From Chitinophagaceae bacterium (lineage in GTDB: Bacteria; Bacteroidota; Bacteroidia; Chitinophagales; Chitinophagaceae): a stretch of 64,000 nt of DNA. Of this stretch, positions 40,634 to 50,700 are shown piece after piece. The stretch lies in NCBI GenBank assembly GCA_947374225.1, contig CANCAY010000001.1:48841-112840 (forward strand). Reading direction: 5' to 3'. The number at the start of each line of letters is the position of its first letter. Positions within the stretch are counted from its first letter, which is position 1. The translations under genes were made by a program, and so were the position numbers. The notes under the pieces are model-generated. The model searched no databases. It saw only the letters and a list, made by a program, of their open reading frames with translations, and was not told the origin of the DNA.

Positions 40634-42172
40634 TTATAATTCTTTTCTTAGTCTTGCAACTGGGATATTCAATAGTTCTCTATACTTCGCAACCGTTCTT
40701 CTCGCAATATTGTATCCCTTTTCTTGAAGCTGTTCTGTTAATTCGTCATCACTCAATGGCTTATGCTTGTCTTCCTGTTGAATTAACTCTTGAAGAATTG
40801 CCTTTACTTCTTTTGTACTTACTTCCTCCCCGGAGTCTGTAGTTAAAGACTCGCTAAAGAAGTACTTAAGTAAGAACGTGCCGAATTCAGTTTGAACATA
40901 CTTACTATTTGCAACCCGGCTTACGGTAGAAACATCCAATCCTGTTTTCTCCGCAATATCTTTTAGTATCATTGGTCTTAGCTGCGTAGTATCACCACTC
41001 ATAAAAAATGAATCTTGATGAACTAATATAGCATTCATGGTTAACAATAATGTTTGCTGCCTTTGCAGGATCATTTCGATAAACCATTTCGCCGAATCTA
41101 TTTTCTGCTTTATGAAAAATACAGCTTCTTTTTGCGCCTTGTCCTGCTTTTTACCTCCCTCATATTCCTTCAACATCATTTTATAGTCGTCGCTAATCAT
41201 TAATGGGGGTGCATTGCGACTATTTAAAGTGAGTTCTAATTTAGTATTATTTATAATTACAGTGAAGTCTGGAATGATATACATTTCGGCTTCATTCAAT
41301 TTCGACGTCTCAGCTCCAGGCTTCGGATTTAATGCTAAAATTTGATGCAATACTTCTTTTAAACCTGCATCATCAATATGTAGACTCTTTTGTATTTTAT
41401 CATAATGCTTACGAGTAAATTCTTCAAAGTACTTTTCAATAACCAATATTGCTAATTTTCTATTTTCAAAACTAGCTAATTCTTTAGCATCGTGAAACGC
41501 ATTTGCATTCTCTTCCTCTTTTCTTTTTAATTGCAATAGTAAACATTCTTGTAAATTACGTGCAGCAATACCAGCCGGATCAAAAGCTTGAATTTTTCTT
41601 AAAACAGATTCTATCTGCTTCTCCTCCACCCACATGCTTTGTTTGAAAGCTAAGTCGTCCGCAATGGACCTTAACTCTCTTCTTAAGTAGCCATCATCGT
41701 CAAGGCTGCCAATTATTTGTTCTGCAATTTTATAGGAAGTGTCTTCTAATGCAAGCATACTAAGCTGATCCATCAGTAGCTCGTGCAAACTAGCTTCTGC
41801 TTTAATTGGAATCACTTTATCATTATCTAATTCTGGATAATAGTCGTCCTTGGTTTTATAGTCTGCAATATCCCCGTCGTCATCATAATTGTAATCTCCT
41901 AATTCTTCATTACTCATCTCATATTCATCAACGGGCACTTCTTCCTCCTCTCCTAAATCGGACAATAAATCGTCGTTGATTTCGTCGGAAGATTTATCCA
42001 TTTCGGCATCCAACAAATCTACATTCACTTCTAATGCAGGGTTCTCTTCTAATTCCTCCTTAACTCGCTGTTCAATTTGCGCAGAAGGAATTTGCAACAA
42101 TTTCATTAATTGAATTTGTTGAGGTGACAACCTTTGTAATTGCCTTTGTTGCAGTGACTGCCCTAGTGACAT
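40634..42172 (-). CDS. rpoN: RNA polymerase sigma-54 factor
   Basis: Q.LSPQQIQLMKLLQ region I, IGSLDDDGYL, STVSRVAN, RpoN box ARRTVAKYRE. Confidence 0.96.
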   Translation of the reverse strand: MSLGQSLQQRQLQRLSPQQIQLMKLLQIPSAQIEQRVKEELEENPALEVNVDLLDAEMDKSSDEINDDLLSDLGEEEEVPVDEYEMSNEELGDYNYDDDGDIADYKTKDDYYPELDNDKVIPIKAEASLHELLMDQLSMLALEDTSYKIAEQIIGSLDDDGYLRRELRSIADDLAFKQSMWVEEKQIESVLRKIQAFDPAGIAARNLQECLLLQLKRKEEENANAFHDAKELASFENRKLAILVIEKYFEEFTRKHYDKIQKSLHIDDAGLKEVLHQILALNPKPGAETSKLNEAEMYIIPDFTVIINNTKLELTLNSRNAPPLMISDDYKMMLKEYEGGKKQDKAQKEAVFFIKQKIDSAKWFIEMILQRQQTLLLTMNAILVHQDSFFMSGDTTQLRPMILKDIAEKTGLDVSTVSRVANSKYVQTEFGTFLLKYFFSESLTTDSGEEVSTKEVKAILQELIQQEDKHKPLSDDELTEQLQEKGYNIARRTVAKYRELLNIPVARLRKEL

Positions 42173-42184
42173 AGTTATAAACTT

Positions 42185-43384
42185 TTAGGAAAGAGCTTCC
42201 TTTAAAACCTTTAAAAACTGTGCTCCTTTGGCATGCACTTGTTCCTCAGTCCAAGTTAAACTAATTGCTGTAGAAACACATCTAGCCATTATAGCATCAC
42301 TTGCTTCAAAAGAAGTAGTTTGTAATTTTTTAAGTGCTGTTTGCTGTGCTTCATTAAGAGGGTACAAACTATTCACATTTTTAAGATGATCCCACTTTTT
42401 AATATAATGCCAGTTATTTGCAAACCAATAAAAATTACCTGCAAAAATACCTGCTGCTTTTAACGCTTCAATAGCTGTCTCCATTTTTTCTTTGGAGGGT
42501 AAGAACCAAGACAAAAAGCTGGCACTGTCTCCTGCTGGATCTGGAACTACTCTGAAACTAATGCCAGGCACTTGTTCCATATAAGTTCTTAAAATATGAT
42601 TGTTCTTTTTTTGTATTGCTAAGAAAGTATCTAACTTTCTAATTTGTGCTAAACCAACAGCAGCATGTAACTCGCTAATTCTAAAATTATATCCTAACAT
42701 TGGGTGTAAATCTGCTCCTCTGTCTACGCCCAAATGATCATGTCCATGGTCTGTAAATGCATCCGCTTTGGTATAGACATCTTGATTATTCGTCATAACC
42801 ACCCCACCTTCACCACAAGTAATTGTTTTTACAAAATCAAAAGAGAAAGTGCCTGCATGTCCAATAGTTCCAAGCGCTTTCCCCTTATAGGTTCCACCAA
42901 TACTTTGGCAGGCGTCTTCTAATAATATTAAATTGTGTTCATCGCAAATTGCTTTTAAAGCATCTAGGTCTGCCATGCTTCCGCACATATGAACCGGCAT
43001 AATACATTTAGTTCGACTTGTGATTGCTGCTTTAACCGCTGCAGGTGCCAAAGTCAAGGTTTCGTCAATATCCACCAAAACAGGAACTGCACCCATGCTT
43101 AAAATTGCTTCAAAACTAGCCACAAAGGTAAAAGCAGGCATAATAACCTCGTCCCCAGCTCCAACGCCCAATGCTGCCATTGCAGTAGTTAAAGCCGCAG
43201 TACCACTTGATGTTAGTTGTGCGTATTGTGTACCAAATGTGTTACAAATGGCTTGTTCTAGTTCTTTTGATTTCCAAATACCCTTTCTTGGGCCATCGAA
43301 ACCATAACGCATTAAAATGCCGGTCTCTAAGACCTCATTTACTTCTTTTCTTTCTTCTTCTCCAAAAAATTCAAAACCGGGCAT
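42185..43384 (-). CDS. kdnA: DegT/DnrJ family PLP aminotransferase, KdnA-like (Kdo8N synthesis)
   Basis: MPGFEFFG N-terminus, SFDFVKTITCGEGG, DHGHDH..DRGA..HP..G.NFRISE, NNWHY, all as recalled for KdnA. Confidence 0.75.
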   Translation of the reverse strand: MPGFEFFGEEERKEVNEVLETGILMRYGFDGPRKGIWKSKELEQAICNTFGTQYAQLTSSGTAALTTAMAALGVGAGDEVIMPAFTFVASFEAILSMGAVPVLVDIDETLTLAPAAVKAAITSRTKCIMPVHMCGSMADLDALKAICDEHNLILLEDACQSIGGTYKGKALGTIGHAGTFSFDFVKTITCGEGGVVMTNNQDVYTKADAFTDHGHDHLGVDRGADLHPMLGYNFRISELHAAVGLAQIRKLDTFLAIQKKNNHILRTYMEQVPGISFRVVPDPAGDSASFLSWFLPSKEKMETAIEALKAAGIFAGNFYWFANNWHYIKKWDHLKNVNSLYPLNEAQQTALKKLQTTSFEASDAIMARCVSTAISLTWTEEQVHAKGAQFLKVLKEALS

Positions 43385-43406
43385 AAGCTTGATTTTTAAT
43401 GATAAA

Positions 43407-43414
43407 CAAAGGTA
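43407..43414 (-). promoter_or_regulatory. -7 element TACCTTTG upstream of the kdnA-rpoN cluster
   Basis: matches TAnnTTTG on the minus strand. Confidence 0.55.
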
Positions 43415-43479
43415 GTTTAAAAAATGAAAATTGAGGGTTTTTCAGTAATTTGCGGCTGTAAAAAAACGAAATAGAACTT

Positions 43480-43962
43480 ATGGAATACAGTAATTTAATC
43501 TCTGTCTCTGGCATGTCTGGCTTATTTGAATTATTAACTAGCAAAAATGACGGTGCCATTGCTAGATCTTTGGAAAATAACACGACTCAGTTCATCAGTT
43601 CTAGAGCACACCAGTTCTCTCATTTAGAAAGTATAGAAGTATACACTACTCGTGATAATGTATTCTTAGCAGAAGTATTTATTGCTATGGGCAAGTCTAA
43701 AGAAGCACTTCCTGACGACAAGGATCCTAAAGCAGTTACTGCTTATTTCAAAAAAGCTTTCCCTAATTTAGACTTTGAGCGTGTTTATGCTAGCGACATG
43801 AAGAAAATGGTTAAATGGTTTGCACAAATCAAGAAGAATAATATTGAACCAGTTTTACCAACTGACGACGAAGAGACCGAAGCAACAGAAGCACCTGAAG
43901 CAAAAGAAGTTAAAGAAGTAAAGGAAGTAAAGGAACCAAAAGTGAAGAAGTCAACTAAATAA
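43480..43962 (+). CDS. DUF5606-family conserved Bacteroidota protein with KEV-repeat tail
   Basis: ISVSGMSGLFEL, LESIEVYT, DFERVYASDMKKMVKWF. Confidence 0.7.
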   Translation: MEYSNLISVSGMSGLFELLTSKNDGAIARSLENNTTQFISSRAHQFSHLESIEVYTTRDNVFLAEVFIAMGKSKEALPDDKDPKAVTAYFKKAFPNLDFERVYASDMKKMVKWFAQIKKNNIEPVLPTDDEETEATEAPEAKEVKEVKEVKEPKVKKSTK

Positions 43963-43987
43963 ATTTATATCTTATACACTAAGACAC

Positions 43988-44023
43988 AAAAAAGCTTATC
44001 CTTTAACGGGTAAGCTTTTTTTT
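43988..44023. terminator. intrinsic terminator
   Basis: AAAAAAGCTTATCC/GGGTAAGCTTTTTT stem with A and T runs on each side. Confidence 0.75.
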
Positions 44024-44059
44024 ATCCTTAAATTGCAATACCAAAGCATCTTACTTGTT

Positions 44060-46939
44060 ATGAAAAAAAGTATATACATATTAATAGCTATCATTAGTTT
44101 AAACGCAAACCTTTTTGCACAAACGAAAGCCGAAAAAAAATGGGTAAAAAAACAATTTCATGCACTTTCATTAAATGAAAAAATTGCCCAGTTAATGGTA
44201 CTTAGAGCCCATAGTAATTGGGACAATAAAAAAATTGATTCACTAGCTGATTTAATTAAAAAATATGATATTGGAGGTTTATGCTTTTTTCAAGGTGGCC
44301 CAGTTAGACAAGCCATCCAAACCAACAATTATCAAGCCATTGCTAAAACACCTTTATTAATCACTATTGACGGGGAATGGGGAGTTGGCATGCGTTTAGA
44401 TAGCGTGGACATGTTTCCTAGACAATTATTATTAGGAGCAATGCCTTCCAGCAATTTAGTATACCAAATGGGCGTAGCCATTGCTGAACAATGTAAGAGA
44501 TTAGGCATACAAGTTGACTATGCGCCAGACATTGACATTAATAATAATCCTGCTAACCCAGTTATTAATGATCGAAGTTTTGGACAAAATAAACAAACTG
44601 TAATTGACTACGGTATCGCCTACATGAAAGGATTGCAGGACAATGGCGTTATGGCCACTGCAAAACATTTCCCAGGTCATGGTGACGTATCAGTAGATTC
44701 TCATAAAGATATTCCTGTAATAAATAAATCCAGAGCCGAATTAGATTCACTAGAGCTGGTGCCATTTAGAGCTTTGATAGCAGCAGGTGTGGAGTCTATT
44801 ATGGTGGCACATTTGTCGGTACCAGCAATAGACAGTGCTGCAAAAAGACCTACGTCCCTTTCTGCAAAGGCGGTTAATGGATTATTAAAAACAGAATTAG
44901 GTTTTAAAGGTATCACTGTTACTGACGCGCTTGATATGAAAGCAATTAGTAATTATTATCCCGAAGGGGAAGCAAATGTTCAAGCAATTTTGGCGGGAAA
45001 TGATATGCTATGTTTGCCAGGAGATATTGGACAGTCAATACAAAGTGTAAGAAAAGCAATTAGAGCACATAGATTATCTAGAAAAGATATTAATGCAAGA
45101 GTTAAAAAAATATTAGCTGCAAAATACAAACACGGATTAAATAAAATTGAAACAATAGATACTACCAATATTGTTAACGACTTAAATAAATCTGTTGGTA
45201 CACTTAAAGCTCAAATGTCAGCTCAGGCTTTGACTTTTATAAGACCTACTACGAATTCAATTTTAAGTGCTACAAAGAAAACAGTGTATATCGCTTTAAA
45301 TATCAATAAACCTAACTATTTGACAAGTACTTTGTCGAATCTAACTAATGTAACTGTATTGTACTTTGACGGAACAGATGAATCAAAATTATTGGCTTTA
45401 CAAAAAAGTCTTACAGGCTATGACCAAGTAATTATTGGACTTCATAATTATAACAGACGTCCTGCTAGCCAATTCGAAATTCCCCAAAGCATCCTAAATT
45501 TTTTAAACAGTCCTGGACATGAAAATTGGACACATTTAATAATGGGAAATCCTTATGCTGTTGCCAATTTTTCAAATATTAATAATATTTTATTCGCTTA
45601 TGAGGACAATGAATATACTCAGAAAGCGGTTTACAATTGGCTTCAAGGAAAGCAAGAAGCGGCAGGAAAATTACCTGTAACAGTATCGCCTACACTGCAA
45701 GAAGGCATTGGAGATAGCGGCAATGTGATAGCACCCTCGCTTGAAAAAAAAAAGGCAATAGGGATTGATATTAATAAGCTGAATGTAATTGACTCCATTG
45801 TAGCAGATGCGATTCAAAAAAATGCAATACCAGGTTGTCAAGTATTAGTTGCGAAGAACAGTGAAATAGTGTTCAATAAATCTTATGGTCATATTGCAGG
45901 AGCTGGCAGTGAACCTGTAACTGAACAAACTGTTTATGACTTAGCTTCCGTAACCAAAGTAAGCGCCACTACAGTCTCAATTATGAAATTAGTAGACGAG
46001 GGGAAAGTAAATATTGATAAAACAATTGGAGACTACCTCCCATGGGTGAGAGGGAATGCAAAAGCTGCTATAAGTTTAAGAGATTTATTATTACACCAAG
46101 CTGGCTTATATCCCTATATAAAATTTTATGAAGCATTATTACAAAAGGATGGGAAGTTTATCCCAGGAACAATAAGTACAGTAGCAGACTTAACGCATCA
46201 AAAAATGGTAAGTCCTTCCAAATACTTATTGAATAGCTGGACAGACACGATACAAAATAAAATATTGAGAAGCCCTGTTACCGACGCTGGAAAATATATT
46301 TATAGCGATAATGACTTTATATTTCTAGGATTAATTGTGGAACAAGTTACAGGCATGAGTTTAAACGATTACACGACACAGCAATTTTACAGACCACTTA
46401 ATATGCACAGTACTGGATTTTTGCCACTACAAAAAACAGCAATTCAAAACATTGCCGCTACCGAGGTGGACGATTATTTTAGACATGAGTTAATTCAAGG
46501 ATCAGTTCACGACGAAGGAGCTTCCACTATGGGTGGTGTTGCTGGACATGCGGGATTGTTTAGTAATGCTACTGACCTAGCTAAACTTTATCTAATGCTT
46601 TTAAACAAAGGAAACTGGGAAGGAGTGCAGTATTTAAAGCCAGCAACTGTTAAAACTTACACAGCATATAATACACAAAATAGCAGAAGGGGATTAGGCT
46701 TCGATAAGCCAGAAAAAGACAACGCGCATTCCAAGGACCCTTATCCAAGTTTAAGTCCCTCCCCTAGTACATTCGGCCACACTGGCTTCACTGGCACTTG
46801 CGTTTGGGCCGACCCTGAACATGACTTATTATATATTTTCTTGTCAAATAGAGTATTCCCAACAAGAGACAATAAAGTTTTTAGTACGCTTAACTTAAGA
46901 CCTAAAATTCAAGAAGCCATCTATAGCGCACTAAATTAG
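44060..46939 (+). CDS. GH3 beta-N-acetylglucosaminidase fused to a C-terminal serine hydrolase (beta-lactamase/AmpC fold)
   Basis: KHFPGHG..SVDSH (NagZ-type), TDALDM; SxxK (ASVTK), YSD, HTGFTG; start moved to ATG 44060. Confidence 0.9.
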   Translation: MKKSIYILIAIISLNANLFAQTKAEKKWVKKQFHALSLNEKIAQLMVLRAHSNWDNKKIDSLADLIKKYDIGGLCFFQGGPVRQAIQTNNYQAIAKTPLLITIDGEWGVGMRLDSVDMFPRQLLLGAMPSSNLVYQMGVAIAEQCKRLGIQVDYAPDIDINNNPANPVINDRSFGQNKQTVIDYGIAYMKGLQDNGVMATAKHFPGHGDVSVDSHKDIPVINKSRAELDSLELVPFRALIAAGVESIMVAHLSVPAIDSAAKRPTSLSAKAVNGLLKTELGFKGITVTDALDMKAISNYYPEGEANVQAILAGNDMLCLPGDIGQSIQSVRKAIRAHRLSRKDINARVKKILAAKYKHGLNKIETIDTTNIVNDLNKSVGTLKAQMSAQALTFIRPTTNSILSATKKTVYIALNINKPNYLTSTLSNLTNVTVLYFDGTDESKLLALQKSLTGYDQVIIGLHNYNRRPASQFEIPQSILNFLNSPGHENWTHLIMGNPYAVANFSNINNILFAYEDNEYTQKAVYNWLQGKQEAAGKLPVTVSPTLQEGIGDSGNVIAPSLEKKKAIGIDINKLNVIDSIVADAIQKNAIPGCQVLVAKNSEIVFNKSYGHIAGAGSEPVTEQTVYDLASVTKVSATTVSIMKLVDEGKVNIDKTIGDYLPWVRGNAKAAISLRDLLLHQAGLYPYIKFYEALLQKDGKFIPGTISTVADLTHQKMVSPSKYLLNSWTDTIQNKILRSPVTDAGKYIYSDNDFIFLGLIVEQVTGMSLNDYTTQQFYRPLNMHSTGFLPLQKTAIQNIAATEVDDYFRHELIQGSVHDEGASTMGGVAGHAGLFSNATDLAKLYLMLLNKGNWEGVQYLKPATVKTYTAYNTQNSRRGLGFDKPEKDNAHSKDPYPSLSPSPSTFGHTGFTGTCVWADPEHDLLYIFLSNRVFPTRDNKVFSTLNLRPKIQEAIYSALN

Positions 46940-46943
46940 TCTT

Positions 46944-49130
46944 ATGAAAATTCGTAACCTAACCCTGTTTTTTTGTTTAATTGCATTGTATTGTAATGCA
47001 CAAAACAAATTAGGTGGCATAGGTCAATGGAGAGAGCAATATTCAAATTATAATGTGCAACAACTGGTCATGGGGGACCAATTATATGTTGCAAGTAAAC
47101 ATCAGGTATTTACATTAAATAAATCGAATGAAGTTGACTTCCTTGGAAAGTCAAATGGGTTGCATGAAGTTGGAGTCACTCAAATTGCATGGGATAAAAT
47201 TCAATCTCAATTAATTATTGCGTACAATAATAGTAGTATCGATATTAAACAAGGAGACCAAGTATATCTAATAAATGACTTAACCTTGTCAAATTTATAT
47301 GCTTCCAAAAAAATTAATCATATATATATTCAAGGTAACTGGGCATTTCTCTCTACTAGTTTTGGAATCGTTGTGCTTGACCTAATACAACATGAAATAA
47401 AAGATACTTGGTTCCCTAATAATAATAGACAAAATGCAGTTACTTATCAATGTGCTGTTTTAAATGACAGCATATATGCATTAACTGAAAATGGATTAAT
47501 GATATGTCCTTTAAAAAATAATTGGATTGTCAATAACCAATGGCAAAACAAATCAAGCTTTAATGGTTTAGGGCTTACTAAATTGCATAATTACAATGGC
47601 GAAATGTATTTATACAATATGCATCAAATTTTCAAGTCAAGTCAGACAATTGCCTTGCTAAACTATCCAAATGGTAATATTCAAAAATTAAGTAATGATA
47701 AAACCGGATTATTACTTGCCACGCAGTATAATAATAAAGGCAACATACTACGCATAAACACAGACTATACTACTAATAGCCTCATAGATAGTACTGAATT
47801 AATAGCGCCATTTGATATACTTGAAGACGGAACTAATTTATGGGTTGCAGATACAGTAAATGGATTATTAGCACATGCCAATAAAAATACTTGGATTAAT
47901 ATTGGTGGACCTCGTTATACTATCAATGGAAATGTAGCAATTGATGAATCAAACTTCATTACACCCTATGGCAATAATAATGGATTCGGTGTGTACAATG
48001 AATCTGGCTGGCATCATTACACCCAAATAAACAGTGTAAAGCTACCTTTACTGAATTCAAGTGCTGTTAATCCAAAGGACGGCAGTTACTGGATGGGAGG
48101 CGTAAATCAATTAATACATGTTAGTTCAGATTTTCAAAAAACAGAATCTATTATTTTAAACAATCATAATGGAACTATTACTGCTATTGACTTTTCCAAA
48201 TCTGGAAACGGATGGGCCTTACAAGACCAACAAGGGCTTATCCAACAACAAAATAATAATTGGACAAGTATTGCTGCTCCTGCTAATTTCTCTTTTTCTG
48301 GATTGCATAAAATGATTGTAAATCAACAAGAACAAGCATGGATAATTGCACCTAATAATCAAGGAATTTATGTGTATCAATCTGCCAATTATTTTCCAAC
48401 TGCCATTTGGAAACAACTTAGTACAAGTAGTAATAATGGGAATCTTCCAAGTTCAAAAGTAACAAGCATTGTAGAAGACGCTACTGGATCTATATGGGTT
48501 GGCACAGATAATGGTATTGGTATTTTTCAATGTGGCGACCTTACTAAGGAAGCTTGTAATGCATTCATTCCAACACTAAGTAATAACGGCTTTAATGGAT
48601 ATTTATTCCAAAAGGAAACCATCAATACCATGGCAGTTGACGGCGCCAATAGAAAATGGATTGGCACAAATAACGGAGTCTGGCTTTTGAGTTCCGATGG
48701 CTATGATATATTAGCACATTTTACGCAAAAAAATAGCCCACTTCCAAATGACACTGTCTTTCAAATTATAATTGCTCCAATCTCTGGCGAAGTGTTTTTT
48801 ATGAGTGCTAATCAAATGGTAAGCTATAGAGGGACTGCTACTAAAGGAAGTAATTTACAAAATACAATTTCTATTTTTCCCAATCCGGTAGCTCCAGATT
48901 ATAATGGAATGATTAGTATTAGAGGTTTGATAGAAAATGCAATTGTGAAAATTACTGACTTAAATGGGAAGTTGATTTTTCAAACAAGGGCACTAGGTGG
49001 ACAAGGAGTATGGAATGGAAAAACATATGAGGGTAATAAACCAGCAACTGGCATCTATCTTGTTTTTGTAAGAGACGATACAGGTAACGAAAAAGGAATT
49101 GGTAAAATTGTAATTACTAAAGGACGCTAG
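46944..49130 (+). CDS. porZ: PorZ-like beta-propeller protein with T9SS C-terminal sorting domain
   Basis: IGQWRE, AVDGANRKWIGT, HFT.KNSPLP, FPNPV...KITDLNG...GIYLV...GKIVI CTD. Confidence 0.75.
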   Translation: MKIRNLTLFFCLIALYCNAQNKLGGIGQWREQYSNYNVQQLVMGDQLYVASKHQVFTLNKSNEVDFLGKSNGLHEVGVTQIAWDKIQSQLIIAYNNSSIDIKQGDQVYLINDLTLSNLYASKKINHIYIQGNWAFLSTSFGIVVLDLIQHEIKDTWFPNNNRQNAVTYQCAVLNDSIYALTENGLMICPLKNNWIVNNQWQNKSSFNGLGLTKLHNYNGEMYLYNMHQIFKSSQTIALLNYPNGNIQKLSNDKTGLLLATQYNNKGNILRINTDYTTNSLIDSTELIAPFDILEDGTNLWVADTVNGLLAHANKNTWINIGGPRYTINGNVAIDESNFITPYGNNNGFGVYNESGWHHYTQINSVKLPLLNSSAVNPKDGSYWMGGVNQLIHVSSDFQKTESIILNNHNGTITAIDFSKSGNGWALQDQQGLIQQQNNNWTSIAAPANFSFSGLHKMIVNQQEQAWIIAPNNQGIYVYQSANYFPTAIWKQLSTSSNNGNLPSSKVTSIVEDATGSIWVGTDNGIGIFQCGDLTKEACNAFIPTLSNNGFNGYLFQKETINTMAVDGANRKWIGTNNGVWLLSSDGYDILAHFTQKNSPLPNDTVFQIIIAPISGEVFFMSANQMVSYRGTATKGSNLQNTISIFPNPVAPDYNGMISIRGLIENAIVKITDLNGKLIFQTRALGGQGVWNGKTYEGNKPATGIYLVFVRDDTGNEKGIGKIVITKGR

Positions 49131-49699
49131 TTAATAGGCGTATCAAAGATCTTAAAGGACTTGAACTTCCATGAATCACGCTCTCCTTGTACTACACGAT
49201 ACAAAATTTGCCTTACTTTATTAGTAGGAATTTTAATGGCTGTGTCAGCTTCAAAAACTGGGAACTTTCTAAATAAAATTCCTTCCACTAATTTAAATTC
49301 ATCTTTACCACGATATCCCTTGCTTAATACCATGTCGTTGGTGATATCAGGAAAGAATATGGGAATTAATCTTTCATTCTCTTGAGAACTAACACTTAGA
49401 ATAGTTGATCTACCGTCTTTATCTAAAATGTAAATTACAATATCAGGGAAACCATCCATATTTAAATCATCAATTTCCGCATTAGTAACACGCCCCTTCA
49501 ATTCAAGAGAAACTTCTCTTACTTCTGGCTTAAAACCGATAGGTCTAATATTTAAAATATTTCTGTCTGTAGCTTTATTAATACAAGATATGCGATATCC
49601 GGATTTACCTATTTTCATAGTGCTGTCATATTTAGGCAAAGTCTGTCCCCAGCCTGCAAAACTCGACAATAGTAATCCCAAAAAAATACAATGACGCAT
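49127..49699 (-). CDS. secreted protein resembling the PliI lysozyme-inhibitor family
   Basis: EIDDLNMDGFPD, GYRGKDEF, RKFPVF, PT..VRQILY.V..GE; family recalled, not searched. Confidence 0.5.
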   Translation of the reverse strand: MRHCIFLGLLLSSFAGWGQTLPKYDSTMKIGKSGYRISCINKATDRNILNIRPIGFKPEVREVSLELKGRVTNAEIDDLNMDGFPDIVIYILDKDGRSTILSVSSQENERLIPIFFPDITNDMVLSKGYRGKDEFKLVEGILFRKFPVFEADTAIKIPTNKVRQILYRVVQGERDSWKFKSFKIFDTPIN

Positions 49700-49761
49700 A
49701 TATTATTTTTATGTTTCAAAGTTAATAGAATAGTTTTGATTTACCATTTAAACCAAGCATT

Positions 49762-50700
49762 ATGTCGTTTGAAATAATTGTTAAACCTATATCAAAATTC
49801 AAGGAGATCATTATTCGCCATCCTAAGAATGGAATTCAAATAACTATCTGTACCCAAGGCGGCCTTTTGAATAGCTGGAAACTACAAAATGAAAAAACAA
49901 ACCATGAATTCATTGACGGCAATGATTTCTCAAATGGATGGGAAAATTTTGAAATGAATGGGTTTAAAAGTGGCAAAATGAGCCCTTTTTCATGCAGGCT
50001 GCAAAATGGAAAGTATGCGCACTTAGGACAGGAATATACTATTGACAAATTTTACCTTGGGGCACATGCTCTTCACGGTATCATTTATGATGCCATATAT
50101 GAAATCGAATCAACAACTAGTAATGATTTAGAAGCAAGTGTAATCTTAAAACATGCATATTTAGGTACTGATAGAGGATATCCTTTTCCTTATACCATTC
50201 AATTAATATGGACTATTACAATTGAAAATAAAGTTTCCATTCAAACTGTCATTACGAATAATTCCCATCAAGAAATTCCAATGATGGACGGATGGCATCC
50301 TTATTTTAAATTAGATGACACAATCGAGTCCAATACTTTGCAATTCACTAATGTCGGTAAAATAGAATATAACAATGACTTATTACCAACAGGAGTAATA
50401 CAAACAAATACAGAATTTGATAAGGGTAAGAATTTGTCCGAGATTCATTTAGATAGTTGCTATATACTTGACCCCATTCATCCATATTGCATATTAGAGA
50501 ATGTAAAATTCAAATTAATAGTGCATCCCGAAATGAACTATCCTTATTTACAAATCTACACCCCTGACAATCGGAAAAGTGTAGCAATAGAAAATCTTAG
50601 CGGTGTTCCTAACTGTTTTAATAATAAAATGGGGCTTCACTATGTGAAACCCCATGATACATTTATCTTAAAAACTAGTTACCAGATTATAATTCAATAA
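49762..50700 (+). CDS. aldose 1-epimerase family protein
   Basis: PFSCRL.NGKY, HALHG, GYPF, GWHPYF, QIYTP, AIEN. Confidence 0.85.
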   Translation: MSFEIIVKPISKFKEIIIRHPKNGIQITICTQGGLLNSWKLQNEKTNHEFIDGNDFSNGWENFEMNGFKSGKMSPFSCRLQNGKYAHLGQEYTIDKFYLGAHALHGIIYDAIYEIESTTSNDLEASVILKHAYLGTDRGYPFPYTIQLIWTITIENKVSIQTVITNNSHQEIPMMDGWHPYFKLDDTIESNTLQFTNVGKIEYNNDLLPTGVIQTNTEFDKGKNLSEIHLDSCYILDPIHPYCILENVKFKLIVHPEMNYPYLQIYTPDNRKSVAIENLSGVPNCFNNKMGLHYVKPHDTFILKTSYQIIIQ

